A stretch of 64,000 nt of DNA from Chrysomallon squamiferum (GCA_012295275.1 CM022665.1:25482001-25546000); one strand, 5' to 3'. Positions 29,501 to 43,315 are shown, numbered from the stretch's first letter. Notes: generated by a model from the sequence alone, not told the origin. Translations and numbers: made by a program.

Positions 29501-32500
29501 AATCACTGAAAATTGTTTAACAGTAGACAGACTCTAGATGTTGCTGGGAACAGTTCCAAAAATATACTCTACCTTAACCACATCAGTGAATTATAATATT
29601 TTTATAATATAAAACTCATTGAAAGTAGTCTAATAGTACAATCATCCATATTTCTTATGCTTTTAATTTTTATTTATTTAAAAATGATCCAATAACATTT
29701 TTTTATTTTTATCATTTCATTTTTTGTTTATGTAATCAGTTACAGTAAAGGTATACAACAGCTGAAAGTGGATTTCATTTCTGATTACTGTGTTGATAAT
29801 TAGTGTTTATTATTCTTGAATATGTATAGAATGGGTAAAATTACTGTTATATAACAGTCCAGATCAGACAAAGTTTATTTCATTGATAACATGTTTCATG
29901 ATCAATAATCTTTCATCACAATTTCAGAAAAAAAAAGAAAAAAAAAAATTCATGTTATTTGCAAGTAATACGATTTTAATCATTTTAAAAGATGTTTAAA
30001 AAAAAAAAAAGTAAGAAAAAAGAAATTATGTATACAACACAGTAGTTTGCATCATATGTCCATACATGCACTGAAGAGATTTGTTAGTGAGTATTTAAAT
30101 TTGTGTTTGTACATAAAAATGTATATTACTTTTCAGAGAAAGATGTACAAGTGGCAGCAGAAACTGAACAATATGCAACTAAGATTAAATCTCTAACAGA
30201 TGAAGTCAATTCTCTCAAGAATCAACTCATAAATACTCAGGTATTTTCTTTTCTTTATCTTAAACGCAAGAATTCTGGGAAAAGTTACCATTTCATATCT
30301 GTTGCATCTAACCGTGTGATATTGTGGATCAAAGTATATAATTAATGGATGTGAAAGTATTTCTGTTTCATACATAGATTTAAGATTTAACTAAAACGTG
30401 ATAAAATGTATTTTACTAGACTTAATATTATTTTTTATTTTGTTTTGTTTTATTTTATTTTTTTAAATAATTGTTCTGACTTTAAGAATGTTGGTTCTGA
30501 GAATACAGTTAAGGTATATAAAATGATTTCTGCATCAGATATGTGACTTAAATACAAAGTATACAAAAATATTATTGACTTTAGATTGTAGTTAAAGACT
30601 GTCGAGATTTGTTTTGCATAATTATATGTTTTATATATATAAATAAAGTGTGGAAAAACATCTTTGCCTTCACCAATAAGAATGACTTTGAAAAGAATCC
30701 AAATAAAGGTGTAAATTAGTATCATATTGCAATTGTCTCCATCCACTATTTCTATGCATAATGTAAAATTCTTCATAAATGTTAACAATGAATAAAACTA
30801 ATTTTTGGTTTCTTGGTGTGTGTTTGTCTGTTGTTGTTGTTGTTTTTGTTGTTTTATCTTTAAGAAACAATTAAATAAAACAACAAAACAAAACAATGCC
30901 TGAACTCTGTTTTCATATTAATAGACTGAACTGGAAGAAGCATCGAAAGGTTTGGAAGCTGCCTCTCGACTTAGTGAACAGCTAGACAGACGAGAAGAAG
31001 CCATTACAGCCCTCAAAGAAGAAGGTATGTGTACAAGTGTAACAGTAGGCTTGTATTCTGTAGATGGTTACTTTTTTTCTTCTTTTTTTTATCTTTTCAC
31101 TAGACTTGGGTTTTGCACAGTAAAATGGTAACATTTTTAAGTGATAGTCTGCATATAGTTTCCCTATTTATCATCGCCTAGCAAAATTTTTATCTTTTTA
31201 AAATCAGAAATGTCTGCATGCCCTTTCCAGAATTTATAGATGTTTTTGAAATTAAAGTGTTAAGAATTCTTTTTTGTTGTTGTTGTTTTGTTTATCTTTT
31301 TATAGAGATTAGACAGCAGTGTGAGAGATGTAAAACCAGCTGTGTAATATCCTGTATGTTTATACACCTAATCCTGTACTTTATGAACTTGTTTCAGAAT
31401 GATAACAGTATTGTGTACATATTATGAAAAAACATGGTTATTTAGGAGAAATGTTGGTGTGGTTTTTTTTTTTTTTTTTTTTGTTGTTTTTTTCTTCTTT
31501 TTCTCAAATGTTACTGTAATATCATAGAGCAAATACATGTATGTAACAGTAAAGAAATTACAAAACAATTACATGAATATTTAAGTTTTTATGGGTTTTT
31601 TTATTGCATTTATTTAGCAGACAGAAAACAGTTTTGGTCATTTATAAATTGTCTTATTTAAACATTTGTTTACATCTTAACATGTTTAGTTCATGAAGAA
31701 AACTGACCTTGTCAGTTTTAATCTATATAGTTTGATAATTTTGGCACATAACATTTTTCATTTTATCAGAACAATTTTATATACAAGCCTGCTTTAAAAT
31801 ATACAATTTTTTATTATTTTATTTTTTATTTTTGTTTTATTTTTAAATATTGATCTGGCAGCAGTTTCATAAAATTGTTTATCATACCAACATGTGTTGA
31901 TTATTAATTAATTACTTTGCACTGTATACATTGAGAAGATTAATCTATTTTGACAGAAGCATGCCACAGAATAAATGTTTAAGATAAGACCTATAATAAC
32001 GGTTTACATTAATATTTACAATTGTTTTGCAATGCATGTTGTTTTAAAATAAAGAATATTATCATTTGAAGGTACTGGTATAATCATTTTTATTTCTCTC
32101 TTTTTTTTTTTTTCTTCTTTTTTTTTATTAATTCTTTTTTTTTTTTTTTTTTTCATTTTGCTATTCTGTTTCGCCTCTTTTTCATCACATCAACCATTTC
32201 AAATGAATCCGCTTTTGCTCTTTCCTCGCAACAAAGCATTGTGAAGTGATATTTCACTGTGACTAACCTATGTTCTCAAATTCCTCATCGTACTAACAGT
32301 TTAATGCCATTTAAATGTAACATTACTGCCATGTCCAATTCATTCGAGCTTGCTTTCCTTAACTTTTACTCTGCCCTGATCTTCAATCAGTGAGTTGCTA
32401 ACTGCCCTATTTGATGCCGCTTGAGTGAACAGTAGATTTGCTTTTTTTCCCGTTTTGAGGCTTTTATTCTGTAAATAAAAGCACACTGCATATTTCTGTT

Positions 32501-33980
32501 TTCTTACACCGTATTTGATCTGTTAAGAAATGTAGATACTTAAAGCTTCAGAGATCCATAATTTCATTAATTTGCAAATTTTTATCATATTTTGGGGGGG
32601 ATAAACATAATTTGTATGTTAGGAATAAATATACACACACATACATATATTCATATAATTTGGTTGGGTTTTGGGGTTTTTTTTCTTGATGTGTTTTTTT
32701 TTTTTTTTTTGGACAAAATATTTAAGGACAAATGCATCAGTAAATATAAACTTCAACAAAATTTGGATGATATTTAAGCAAATTGTTAGGTGATTGTTTA
32801 AAGAAGAATTGTTATGATAGATATTTAAATATTAAAACCTTTACCATGAGTTACTTTTCAGTACCAGTTTTAACTTTTATTTTGCAAACAAGATTTAATG
32901 GTTAATATGAAAGGAATAATAATAGCATTATTAATCCATTTTTTTTATCAATGTCAGTTTAACCAAATAGAGATACATTTAGGAAATCTTTTTCAGAAAT
33001 CACTTCAATAGATCAAATACGGTATTCCAAAAAACAATAAAATTTAAATTAAAATTTAAAAATAAAAGAAAAAGAAAAATTAAAAAAAACTTGCTTGCTT
33101 TGAGTGTGCACAAAATTGTTTTGCTAAGCAACAGGTATGGGTATTTTTGTTAAAGTCATCTTTGGCTTGGAAGAGTCGTCAAATTTGATCTTTGTTTCTA
33201 GAGCCTGGTTTCCTAATATCAGCTGGTAATCCTGAGTGAGCTGAAACTCGGGATTTCGGTTGATATTGGGCAAATGGGCGAGCAACACACAATGGGCAGT
33301 TTAGTCTCTCTTTATTTCATCTTTAAGTGTCTTCATTTTGTTTGGATATATATCAACCGTCATACTCACAAACTCTCCATCCATCAATCATCATCACTAT
33401 GGCTACACTTCTTTTTGTATTTATATATAAATAGTTCTGTTGTTGTTGTAGTTTTCTTTTTGTATCCTGGGATTGTTGTTTTTTCGGTATGTGTTTTTTA
33501 TTTTTTATTTATTTATTTATTTTATTTTATTTTTTTTGGTGGGGAAGGGTCCATTTTATTTCATACATTGTTATTACTATTATTATTATAATGTGTATTT
33601 TCTTTTGTGGTGGATTTTGTAAATAAGATTTTTATTAATGGTATTTTATACAATGTACAAAAAACTATATATTTGTTGAAGCATCTGCACTGTTTTTGTC
33701 TGTTGTTGGTGACTTATTTTTACCACTCTAGATTCTGTTGTGGTCTGATATAACTAAATTCTAGACACACTGGCTTGCATGTGTTGACGTTTGTTTAATC
33801 TCAGCTGGTAATTCTGAGCCCGTGTCATACTTCCTCAAGTTACTAGCCGAGATTACATAAATATCTTACCAACCTGCAGCATGCACTAACACTAATTGGC
33901 CAGTCAGTTTTCAACTAGCATGTCCTTATGTCTGATGGTGAATGGATTGTATAGTCTTCACTAGATTTTTAATTCAATTT

Positions 33981-34013
<33 letters not shown>

Positions 34014-34502
34014 TATTTTTTTATTTTTTTATTTTTTTTTGGTGGTTAATTTCTTTCTGCTGTTGTTATTATTAATATTACTATTAATATTATGATTATT
34101 ATGATTATTATTATTATTATTATTATTATTATAATCATTAATATGATTATGATTATTATTATTACTATTACTATTATTAATTATTATTGTTGTTGTTGGA
34201 ATGGTTTATTTGGTCTTGGCTTTGTTTTATAGAATGGCAAATTTGTGAGCAGCATGTTTTTCTGGTTCATTTTGGGAATGGATAATCTATTTCTGGAATG
34301 GTTTTTAATTTCAATTTTTTTTTTTTTTTTTTTAACCACCAAAAACAAAATTTAAAAAAAAATCATTCTGAAATACTATACAAGTAAAACAGACATGTTA
34401 CATATGGTTTAATATATTGGTTTGTACTCATAATACTAAGGATCTATATTAACATATGTTTTTTTATTTTGTATAGTTTTATTTATTATTCATTATTACT
34501 AG

Positions 34503-34536
<34 letters not shown>

Positions 34537-37500
34537 CAGGTTCTTTGAACTTGCTACACTACTGCAGTTTTTAACTGTAGTCTATCTGGCACGTACCAAA
34601 ACATAATAAATTACCTGAATTTTAATGTAATAATAATAAAATGTCCTGAATAAACCATCTGACAGGAATAATAACAACAAAACAATATTTCCTCGGTTAC
34701 TTTTATTTTAAGGTTTTAAGAGTATAGTAAATGCAAGCGAAGTGCAGTCTGGTTAGTTTGGTCCAGGCAGTTTTTGAATTCAGGACAGTTTTTATTACAG
34801 TTCAAGTGAGGTTATACACATTACAGCTGACAGCAGTAACCAATGGTTTAAGATTAAATGATGATGAACTCGATCGATTTTTAACTTGGGTTGAATAATT
34901 AAGTGAAGAAATTTTTTCTGATATAAGCAGTGTTGATTTGGAGTTGATCGGACTTTACTGGGTTTATGTGGCAAAGCTTTTCTGTTGGAATTCATCAGGA
35001 TCTTATTGTCACAATGTATTTTTTTGGTTTGGAATCATGGACAATTTATTGTTGTGGCTTGAAGCAGTTCATTGAAGTTTAACACATTTACTGTTGTTTG
35101 TTCAACAAATGAAGGCTGGTTTAGCTGTTTTAAATTTCATCAACATTTGGTTGTTTGATGTGGAAAGGATGATGGCGTGTGTAAGTATTGTTTTGTGCTT
35201 GACAGCATGTTAATTAAAACTGCTATTGACTAAAATAACACAGCCGCTGTTTACTAACCATTATTTTTTGTTTATTTTTTATTATTAATTTTATTTATTT
35301 ATTTTTTTTTTTTAAATTTTGTTGTTTTATTTTATTTTTTTTTTTGGCTTGTATTAACATAAACCTTAAAAAATATCCACTAATATTAAAAATCAAATAC
35401 TATAAAAAATAATTTATTATAATCTAATAAACTATCAGGGTTTTTTTTTTCAAACATCATGTTGAAAATTATTATATTTCCTTTTATGCCAAAATATTAA
35501 ATTCCTTTTTAGCAAATGATTAAAATTTGTTTTGTTTTTTTTGTTGTTGTTTGTTGTTTTTTTTCCTCAGAATATATGTTTAATTTGTCATCAACATCTG
35601 TTGAATATTTTAAGTCGGATATTTGGAACTTTTTAAGAGAATTAAACTGTGAACATAATTATCGCAGTGAAATTTTCATGAATCAACTTTGGTTTAGAAC
35701 TTTGCTACTGCAAATATTAAAATAGTGAAACTCTTTGTAATGTGCTAACAGAAAAAAGAATTACTATTACTGTTATTATTATTATTACTATTACTACTAC
35801 TATTGTTATTATTGTATTCATTGTCTTGCTGTCAAGTTTACTAATACTGAAATACTTATTAAGTGTGCTAATGCATGATGTTTGTTGGCAATTTAATTTG
35901 AGCATGAAATGTTTTGAGACATGCAGATTGTGAGTATTACATCAGGTACTGACGGGAAAAACATCTCCGTACCTGTTGTAATATTTTTAGACTGCAAGTC
36001 GTCTACTGCACCTTGTTTAGATAGATTGATTGTTCTGTTTTTATACATAACTGCATGAAGATGTTCTTGTATTATGTTGTGTCTAGATTACATTGAAATC
36101 TTGATGCATTGTGTAAGTATTAAATATTAAAATTAAAAATAAGTATGCAGTTTTTATTTTATTACTGAAGATACTGATTAATAACCTATATTCATACAGC
36201 ATGTCTACCAGAATCCTCTTTTTAATTCAGCAAGTTCATTAAATTATTTTAATGTGTAGTTAAACTTGAATTAAGAGAATTTTTCTTTTTAATGTTTTCA
36301 GTTCAGCTAAGAGAAAAAGCTCTGAAAACTGCAGAAGAAGAATTAAGAAAACTTTCTTCAAGCACCGAAGCTAAAATCGATAAGTAAGTTACTTATGATA
36401 AATAAAAGTCCTAGTGCTTGAAAAACACATGTATCCTAAAATTTATTAAAATGTGTAAAAGATTTATTTTTGAAAACATTGATGTGTCTGAAAATTCATC
36501 GGTATGTGGTTCTGAATAACAGTGCTCCCATTTCAAACATATTTTAAAGTTGGGGCCCCTGGGTTAATCTGTATTCTACAATAGAAGTATAATTTATTAT
36601 ACAAGGTAATTATAAGCATTTTGTATTGTTCCATACTTTTACTGTTGCCCCCTGTTACAGTGTTGCAGTGGGATGCTACAGCCCAGGTGAGAACCACTGG
36701 TTTAGAACATATATTTGAAAATATGTTTGTTTGAGTTAGGAGATCTAGAATAAAACTGTTTGAGAACTGTGCTTGGTTGATACAGCTCTTCTTCTTCTGA
36801 TCTCTTTATTTGTATTTGTTAAGTTTGCTTTAAAAATCTATTTCTACTGTACTACAAAGTTTTGATTTCTTTCTTTTATGTTTTTCAGGTTACTCATGAA
36901 GAACATGCTTCTTGGATATTTCACTACTCCACAGAACAAACGTAAAGAAGTCTTTCAGATGATCGGTGGAGTATTAAACTTCACACACGAAGACTTTGAA
37001 AAAGTAAAGTTTATTTTCATTTACCATAATAGACACATTATAATATTAGTTTATGTCATTAAGTCCAGAGGCATTTTTTTATTATTAATTTTACCAATAT
37101 CTTTTTATATACATTATGTATTGGTATCAGTTTTGGCTTCAGTAAAATAATAAAAACAAACAGTTACAGAATAAAGAGGACTTTGTTTTAACTTTTTTTC
37201 TACCTTTTTTCTAGAGGTTATTTACATAAAATATCAATTATTTATAGTACAAGTTATGATAAAGGCCAGATGTAATTAAAGGTTTTTATGTGTTATATTT
37301 TTATTTATATATTTATTACTTGTTCTTTATTATTTTAATTATTGTTTTTTAAAGGTGGACAGTTCTGGTAAACAGGGTTGGGTTTCTGGGTGGCTACATT
37401 TAGGATCTGCCCATACCACACCACCAACCACACCAGTGAGACAAGTTCAAAGTCCAGGTTTAAATCAGGTAACAAGTGTTCACACTTACTCCATCTTTCT

Positions 37501-38167
37501 TATTTCTAGGTAAGAAAATATTACTGCCTTAATATTTAAATTTTGACTATACTTGGTAAATATAAAATTAAAAAATATATGTATCAGTTGATAAATTATA
37601 TATATATTACAATTTATATTGGATGTAGTTTTTTTCCGATACTTTCATTTGGAACAAAAACTAAAAAAAGTGTTAAAAAATATCGATAAATACAGTACTA
37701 GCTCTAACCTTATGATTTTCCAAAGATATTTAGATTACTCTTTATTATATTTACTTTAGATATACCATTTTTCATGACAGTTTTGCTAACAACGAATCAT
37801 TTCATTGCAGTCTTTCTCTCAGCTGTTTGTCAAGTTTTTAGAGAGAGAATCGTCGCCGCCACCACCACCCGTACGAATGCCTGCCGAGGACATGGCTCGA
37901 GAACTTCAGGAGAAGCACAAAGACAAGGAGACTCACAAGCCAGTGTTTAACCCTTTCACCGCTCCCAGACACGTCTCCATGCCAGTGCAGATAGGAGGAG
38001 CACAAATGTCTGCGTCAACGTCGCACATTCTGATGTCTTCCACCACGCCGTCCTCACTCCCTCTGTTCCAGCCCATGTCAGAGGAGTCTATAACTCAGTC
38101 CAGTTCTGGTCGCTCCACACCTCAAAACTCCAGTGCAATCTTAAAAGATGTCCTAGGGTCAAGATGA
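552..38167 (+). CDS. TRIP11: Golgin TRIP11/GMAP-210 orthologue, spliced, 5' end upstream of window. Exons: 552-662, 2529-2673, 10743-10891, 14073-14147, 14759-14924, 16294-16451, 17112-17298, 17904-18007, 19342-19476, 22309(or 22306)-22423, 23120-23288, 24227-24443, 24789-24876, 25169-28470, 28788-28981, 29292-29455, 30137-30240, 30925-31024, 36302-36383, 36889-37003, 37355-37468, 37811-38167
   Basis: All exons are AG/GT bounded with compatible phases, total 6351 nt (2116 aa + TGA). Recognisable TRIP11 motifs: [89 protein letters not shown], the GRAB region [39 protein letters not shown], and the GA1-like [14 protein letters not shown]. Internal exons between 16294 and 23288 rest on phase and coiled-coil character only. 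Confidence 0.92.
741..1117. repeat. Diverged tandem duplication of about 185 bp containing (TG)n/(TA)n/(CA)n microsatellites
   Basis: aaaggaaataaaatt(c/t)aaat and atatttgttgtgt...atgtgtgttaatgttt(g/c)ttcaa each occur twice. Confidence 0.75.
10263..10378. mobile_element. Short palindromic (foldback/MITE-like) repeat, copy 1
   Basis: TGTCTTGAGATAGCTTTATCCTG ... CAGGATAAAGCTGATATCTTCAGACA, ending CCAGTTATT like the copy at 42432-42548. Confidence 0.65.
22440..22920. repeat. Intronic minisatellite, about 23-26 bp units (TGATGAATACATA(A/G)CA(T)AATAGTGCAA(A/G)), roughly 18-19 copies
   Basis: Directly visible tandem units. They explain three overlapping repetitive minus-strand ORFs. Confidence 0.92.
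23557..23617 (+). CDS. TRIP11: Candidate alternative TRIP11 exon ([21 protein letters not shown]), phase 1 to phase 2
   Basis: Strong polypyrimidine acceptor ttcattttttctttag and donor TC|gtaagc. Open only in the phase-1 frame, same phases as exon 23120-23288. Confidence 0.6.
25169..28470 (+). CDS. TRIP11: TRIP11 large central coiled-coil exon (3302 nt)
   Basis: ttttcag acceptor ending 25168, GAG|gtatat donor at 28470/28471, uninterrupted E/K/Q/L-rich frame (ORF 25048..28518 in the track). Confidence 0.95.
29425..29640 (+). repeat. Diverged tandem duplication (about 105 bp) of a TRIP11 exon end plus donor
   Basis: agatggtgctggaacagtttcagaaa...taaccacctcggtgaagtataatattttt versus agatgttgctgggaacagttccaaaaa...taaccacatcagtgaattataatattttt. 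Confidence 0.8.
36889..37003 (+). CDS. TRIP11: TRIP11 GRAB-domain exon
   Basis: tttttcag acceptor, AAA|gtaaag donor, peptide [38 protein letters not shown] typical of the GRIP-related Arf-binding domain. Confidence 0.92.
37811..38167 (+). CDS. TRIP11: TRIP11 terminal coding exon (GA1-like motif, Pro/Ser-rich tail)
   Basis: ttgcag acceptor, [14 protein letters not shown]...ILKDVLGSR then TGA. AATAAA about 25 nt downstream. Confidence 0.92.
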   Translation, partial: SFSQLFVKFLERESSPPPPPVRMPAEDMARELQEKHKDKETHKPVFNPFTAPRHVSMPVQIGGAQMSASTSHILMSSTTPSSLPLFQPMSEESITQSSSGRSTPQNSSAILKDVLGSR

Positions 38168-39587
38168 TGATCTCCGAACAGCTCATATATACAAATAAAA
38201 ATATTAAATTTAAATATTTAATACCAATGTCCAAGGGGATTTGTATATGCATTCACTTGATACCACATAAAAGGTTGTATGATCAGTGATCACTAAAGAT
38301 GGTTTCAGTTTGAAATGGCCAATTTAGGTAATCAGTTCATATATGTATGTTTTATGTATGTATGTGTTTATGTATATGTATATGTACGTATGTATGTGTG
38401 TGTGTGTGTGTGTGTGTGTACATGTATACATATTTATGTGTATATATACATACGTATAGAAACGTGCATGTAACTATTTTTGGGGTGTTTTTGCAGACAG
38501 TATTTAAAAATGCAAAGTATAAAAATTTTAATCTGTGATTTAAAAAAAAATTAAATTGTAATTCACAACCTAAATCCAGTAAAGTGATTTTGTAAGATGA
38601 ATAAATATTGATGTACGTAAATCTGAATGGCAGTTTAAATTGTTGAACTGGCTGAAACTTTAGTCTGATACACTTAACATCTTACCACAAAATATGCTCA
38701 TGAAGAATGCCTCATGTAAAAACAGACAGAAAAACTGAGCTTGCTACTAACATGAAAGAACCTTTTTCTTTCTTTCTTTCCTTTTTTTTTTTCTTTTTTT
38801 TTTCTTTTTGTATTTTTTGTATTTTTTTTTTTTTTCATTTCTTTTATTTTTAATTGTATAAAACAAAATTTGAAATAAAAAAATAACATTTCTGATTCAG
38901 TGTCAGTTCAAACTAATGGCAGCAGATTCTGAATTTTCTGGACTGTTTGTTGTCAGACTAAAGAATTTCAGCCTGCATCATGATAACTTTGGATAAAGAT
39001 TTCTCTTCAGGGATTAATTAAATATGTTTCATTCACCATGTTGTTCCAGTGTCTTTCTGTTTACAATTTGATTCAACAAATGTACATTTAATGCAGAATA
39101 AATTTTATATTTGTTGTATAATTTTGGATAAGCTGATTATTTATAGTTACAACAAGCATGTGGAGGTGCAATTATAATTTTAATTATATTTTGTGAATTG
39201 TTGCTTCATAGATTTTGTGGAAAATGTAGTTTTAAAAACAATGGATTCAGTTGCATTTTATGAGCCCATAATGTTTCATGATTAGTTTTTTTTTAGAAAA
39301 TAATAGCAAAATCCTGTATTTGTTTTCGTATAGGCTTCCTTGTGTATTGTGGATGTAATGTAAATGTATAAACATTGTAATGTTAAAATAGTGGCGATGG
39401 GTGCTTCATTATTATATTTTATTCCCTTTAAACAATTAAAAAATAAAAAAAATTATTAGTCTGGGATTTTGAAATTTCTGTTGTAAACTTATAAATGACA
39501 GGCCAATCCATTAAAAAATATTTGTTACATGTTACATTATGTCATAGTTTTGTTTAATTTTTAATTTTTTAGTTCTTTTTTTTTTTT

Positions 39588-39772
39588 TGTACAAGTGAAT
39601 ATGAAGAAAAAAATTGCAGTATAAAAAAGGTGGGGTGGGGAAGTTGGGTTAAAAACTTAAGTTTTATTAAGTTTTTATTTTTGTACAAGTGAATAGGGAT
39701 GAAAAATTGAAATATAAAAAGGGTGGGGGAGGGTGGATTAAAAACTTAAGTTTTATTAAGTTTTATTTTTGT
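39588..39772. repeat. Tandem duplication of about 93 bp with G-runs
   Basis: tgtacaagtgaata...ttaaaaacttaagttttattaagtttt occurs twice. Confidence 0.85.
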
Positions 39773-41426
39773 TTTCTGCAATTTTTACTATTTGGTGCCA
39801 CTTTACAAAATAAAATAATTGTTGTTGTTATTGTTGTGACCAAACAAATTACATCTTTTTATATTATTTCCCAAAAAAACATTATCATAGATGGTCATAA
39901 TTATTCATATTGCTTAGACCAGTCCATTATCACTGTAACATATCTACTATTATTGGGTGAATTCTGGGAATTTGTAAATAAAAATATTTTCAGACAATTA
40001 ACTTCTGTTTTTTTTTTTTTTTTTAAGAATACTGACCAATCCTTTTGATGATTATGTAAGAGCAGATACATTCTGTGGGAATCAAAAAGACCAAACGTTT
40101 CATGGTGTATATGGGTATTTTACAAATAGACATATTGTGTTTGGACTAAGTTGTCACTTCTCTGAATAGCTGTTCTGATCAAATTTTGTTCAGACTGTTT
40201 TCTATTCAGATGTTTCAAAAAGAAGAGCATCGAGTTAGAAATAGTGGGTATTGTCTGCTAGTTGTAAAAAGTTAAAAGCATTTTTAAAATCAGTTGTGAA
40301 GTATTACCTGGGATATGAAATAAATGACTGAATTGTTTTGGTTTTCAAGATATGTCAGTATTATAACAGACCATTATCATGTGTCCTGCACGAGAACCCC
40401 AGTTGTGTGCATGCTTCAGGACCTTGAATCAATTGTTTTGTGATGGGGAAATTGCAATATATGCTCAGGTGGAAAAGAAGGACAAATTATCTGTCCAACT
40501 GTTATTAATTAACAAAGAAAGAAACACCTCACATTTTAAAATGAAATTCATATAATTAACCTATTAACCAAATAATACCATTATCATAGATATTTGTTTT
40601 AGTTTACTGATCAGTTGCTCATTATTTAATGTTAACTTTGTGTAGTTATGTTAATCACCATACAGATATTTCTTATTGCGCTATCTGCATCTGATATAAA
40701 TGATTATTCTCTAAGAGATTCAATATTCAAAATTCAATTCCATTTGAATATGTTTGAAAATTTGATTTGGTCAGAAAATTGAGATGTGCAGGGCTCTAAT
40801 ATACACGTGTATAAAACACAGATCAAGCTTGTTTAGTGGTGTGGAAATGTACCCATACTGTTCAAACATCCTTTAAGTTCAAGTAAAAACAGTAATTTTA
40901 AATAATAAAGACAAGTAAAAGCTTCAGTTAATCCACTTTTATTGCAAAACAGCCCCATGCTAACATAGAAATTTAACCTGAATGCTTGAACAATGATGAA
41001 TTTAACAGCACAGATAAACCATGCTGTCATTACACTTCCCACTAGCCTTGTTAAATTTCAAAAAAATAATTTGTGCACACTTGAATTAAAAATGTCATTA
41101 AATCATTTATGAAATAATTTGCATTTGAAATAATACAACATAACTTTTCATTCCAAAATCATTAGAAACAAATTTATAATTTACGAAACTAAGTTATTTA
41201 AAAAGAACAAAAATTAAAACTGTGGTACTACTGGCATCTTACTACAGCAAATAAAGCTTGTGCAAACATTAAAATAATTTATTTAATTATTTATTTTTGA
41301 ATTTAACAATGCTGTGTCTGAAATTATTATTTTTGTTGTATAGAAAATAAAATGTATTATGTGGTATTTATCTGCACTGTTACGATCATTATAAATCAAA
41401 ACTGACACAAGAAGCATTTAGAAAAT

Positions 41427-41466
<40 letters not shown>

Positions 41467-42431
41467 CAAATAATACATGAGTCATGTGTAAAAACATTAA
41501 TCCCATCTCCTCGGGATAAAAGCAACATTGTGATAAATCTCAGCCTTCAAATTACCATCATCAAACAGTAACACACATTAACAGAACTTTTTTGCATAGA
41601 GTTTTATGTGACTCTAGGCTTCTTAATGTATTATACACACTAATATACATATATATGTAAGTTATTCCTCAAAATATGAGCAACATTATCAGAAATGTGT
41701 AAGCAAATGAGCAATCTGAGATCTGAGGGTTTTAAAATCTTTCTGGCCAAACTGTTTTTTTAACATCTTTCTTCAGAACATTATTTTGAAATGGAAATTA
41801 TTACACACAAGATATTTTACATGTATTACAATCTGTACAGCATACATCAACACAATTTTCAAATATCACAGCATATTACAATTAACAAACTCCATTTACC
41901 ACATTAAAACAAAAAGCTTCACATACTTGCACTTTGTATGTGAGAGAACAGAGAAAAAGTAAAATGTATTTACAAGAACAACATATTTATATTTTGGAAA
42001 AGTTATTACATTCCAAAATATACATGAAGAACATATGAAATATATTCACAAGATATTATTTATTATCATACATAGTAATGTTTTCATGCTCCAAAAAGAA
42101 CATAATTTTTTTTTAAAAATCACAAAACAATATTTTTGAATGTATGCGTGTGTTTGTATTTATCCTGCAATTACTGTACATAGTGGCAACACAAAATGAC
42201 TAGACCAATTTCTACGTTTTCAAGCAGATACCAAAAATATAGCTTTTTTCGGACGGAACTGTATTTACTTTGATAAATTACTTTTATTTAAGGAATTATT
42301 TTTCTTTTGATGTATAACAACACTGAAACAAATATGCATGAATTTACTACTTTTGACAGCGGTGAGTTGAGAAATAAAAGAGTTAATTTTATTTAGTTTT
42401 TGTAATTTTTATGATTGCAAGATAAAAGAAA

Positions 42432-42548
42432 ATAACGAGTTATTGTCTTGAGATACCAGCTTTTATCCTCAGTATCAAAGCCTTGCTGCAAATTGGTACT
42501 ATAACTGCACAGGATAAAGCTGCTGTCTTAAGATAGCATCCAGTTATT
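42432..42548. mobile_element. Short palindromic (foldback/MITE-like) repeat, copy 2
   Basis: Arms TGTCTTGAGATACCAGCTTTTATCCT and AGGATAAAGCTGCTGTCTTAAGATA are reverse-complementary. Related copy at about 10263-10378. Confidence 0.65.
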
Positions 42549-43168
42549 CAATATATATATATATATATTATCTCAAAATATAGCAATTATAACATGAAAT
42601 ACATTCACAAGATATTGTCTTATCCAAAATACTATATACAGAATGTGAACAAATTCTCTAAATATTATCATTAACATTTGTATGTACACAACATTTTGTA
42701 AAGAATTTAATCTTTAAAAAAAGAAAAGAATTTTTTTTTTTAACTAGGAAAACAAATAACTGACATAACAAAATCGTAATTTATTTATTTTCAGGGCTGA
42801 CTGCTCAGTAACAAGTAGAGTGTCAGAGATAAGGCATACATACGAGAAAAAAAAATAAAAAAATAAAATCATCCATTTAAAATATAAGTAGTCCTTACAA
42901 AAGCTTGTAGAAGTGTGTTAATGTTGTTCTGGTTTTGTTATTAAAAGTGTTAATTTGTAACATCGTATATGACGCAACCTGCATGTGCATGACATTACAA
43001 TTCACACATAACGAAACGCATTTTATTCCCTACATACTTGTTAGGTAATACCTTATTTGTATTTTGTGTTTTTTGTTTTGTTATAGACAAATGTGAATTA
43101 CAAAAAAAACCATCTGTCTGAGAATGTACAAACTGTTTTAACAATTCTTGTTCATAAGGTCCCTATGA

Positions 43169-43191
<23 letters not shown>

Positions 43192-43200
<9 letters not shown>

Positions 43201-43315
43201 CAGATCCAATATTCAAGCAGTATTAATATAACATGCTTGTAATGCACATATATATATAAATATAAAATGTAGATCCAGTATTCAAGCAATATTAATATAA
43301 TATGCTTGTAATGCA
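43192..43315. repeat. Tandem duplication of about 68 bp
   Basis: tataaaat..agatcca.tattcaagca.tattaatataa.atgcttgtaatgca occurs twice. Confidence 0.85.

Noticed and set aside
32160-32470. Possible decayed Tigger/pogo transposase on the minus strand (ELDMAV...KRRNRI fragments)
   Set aside because: It needs several frameshifts and I found no TIRs, so it cannot be supported without a search.
33170-35260. GC-richer intronic patches, including an 18 bp direct repeat TCAGCTGGTAAT(C/T)CTGAG near 33219 and 33801
   Set aside because: Probably old transposon debris, with no ORF, termini or phase-compatible exon identified.
36520-36700. hAT-like terminus (GAGAACCACTG)
   Set aside because: The matching left TIR and TSD are not convincing.
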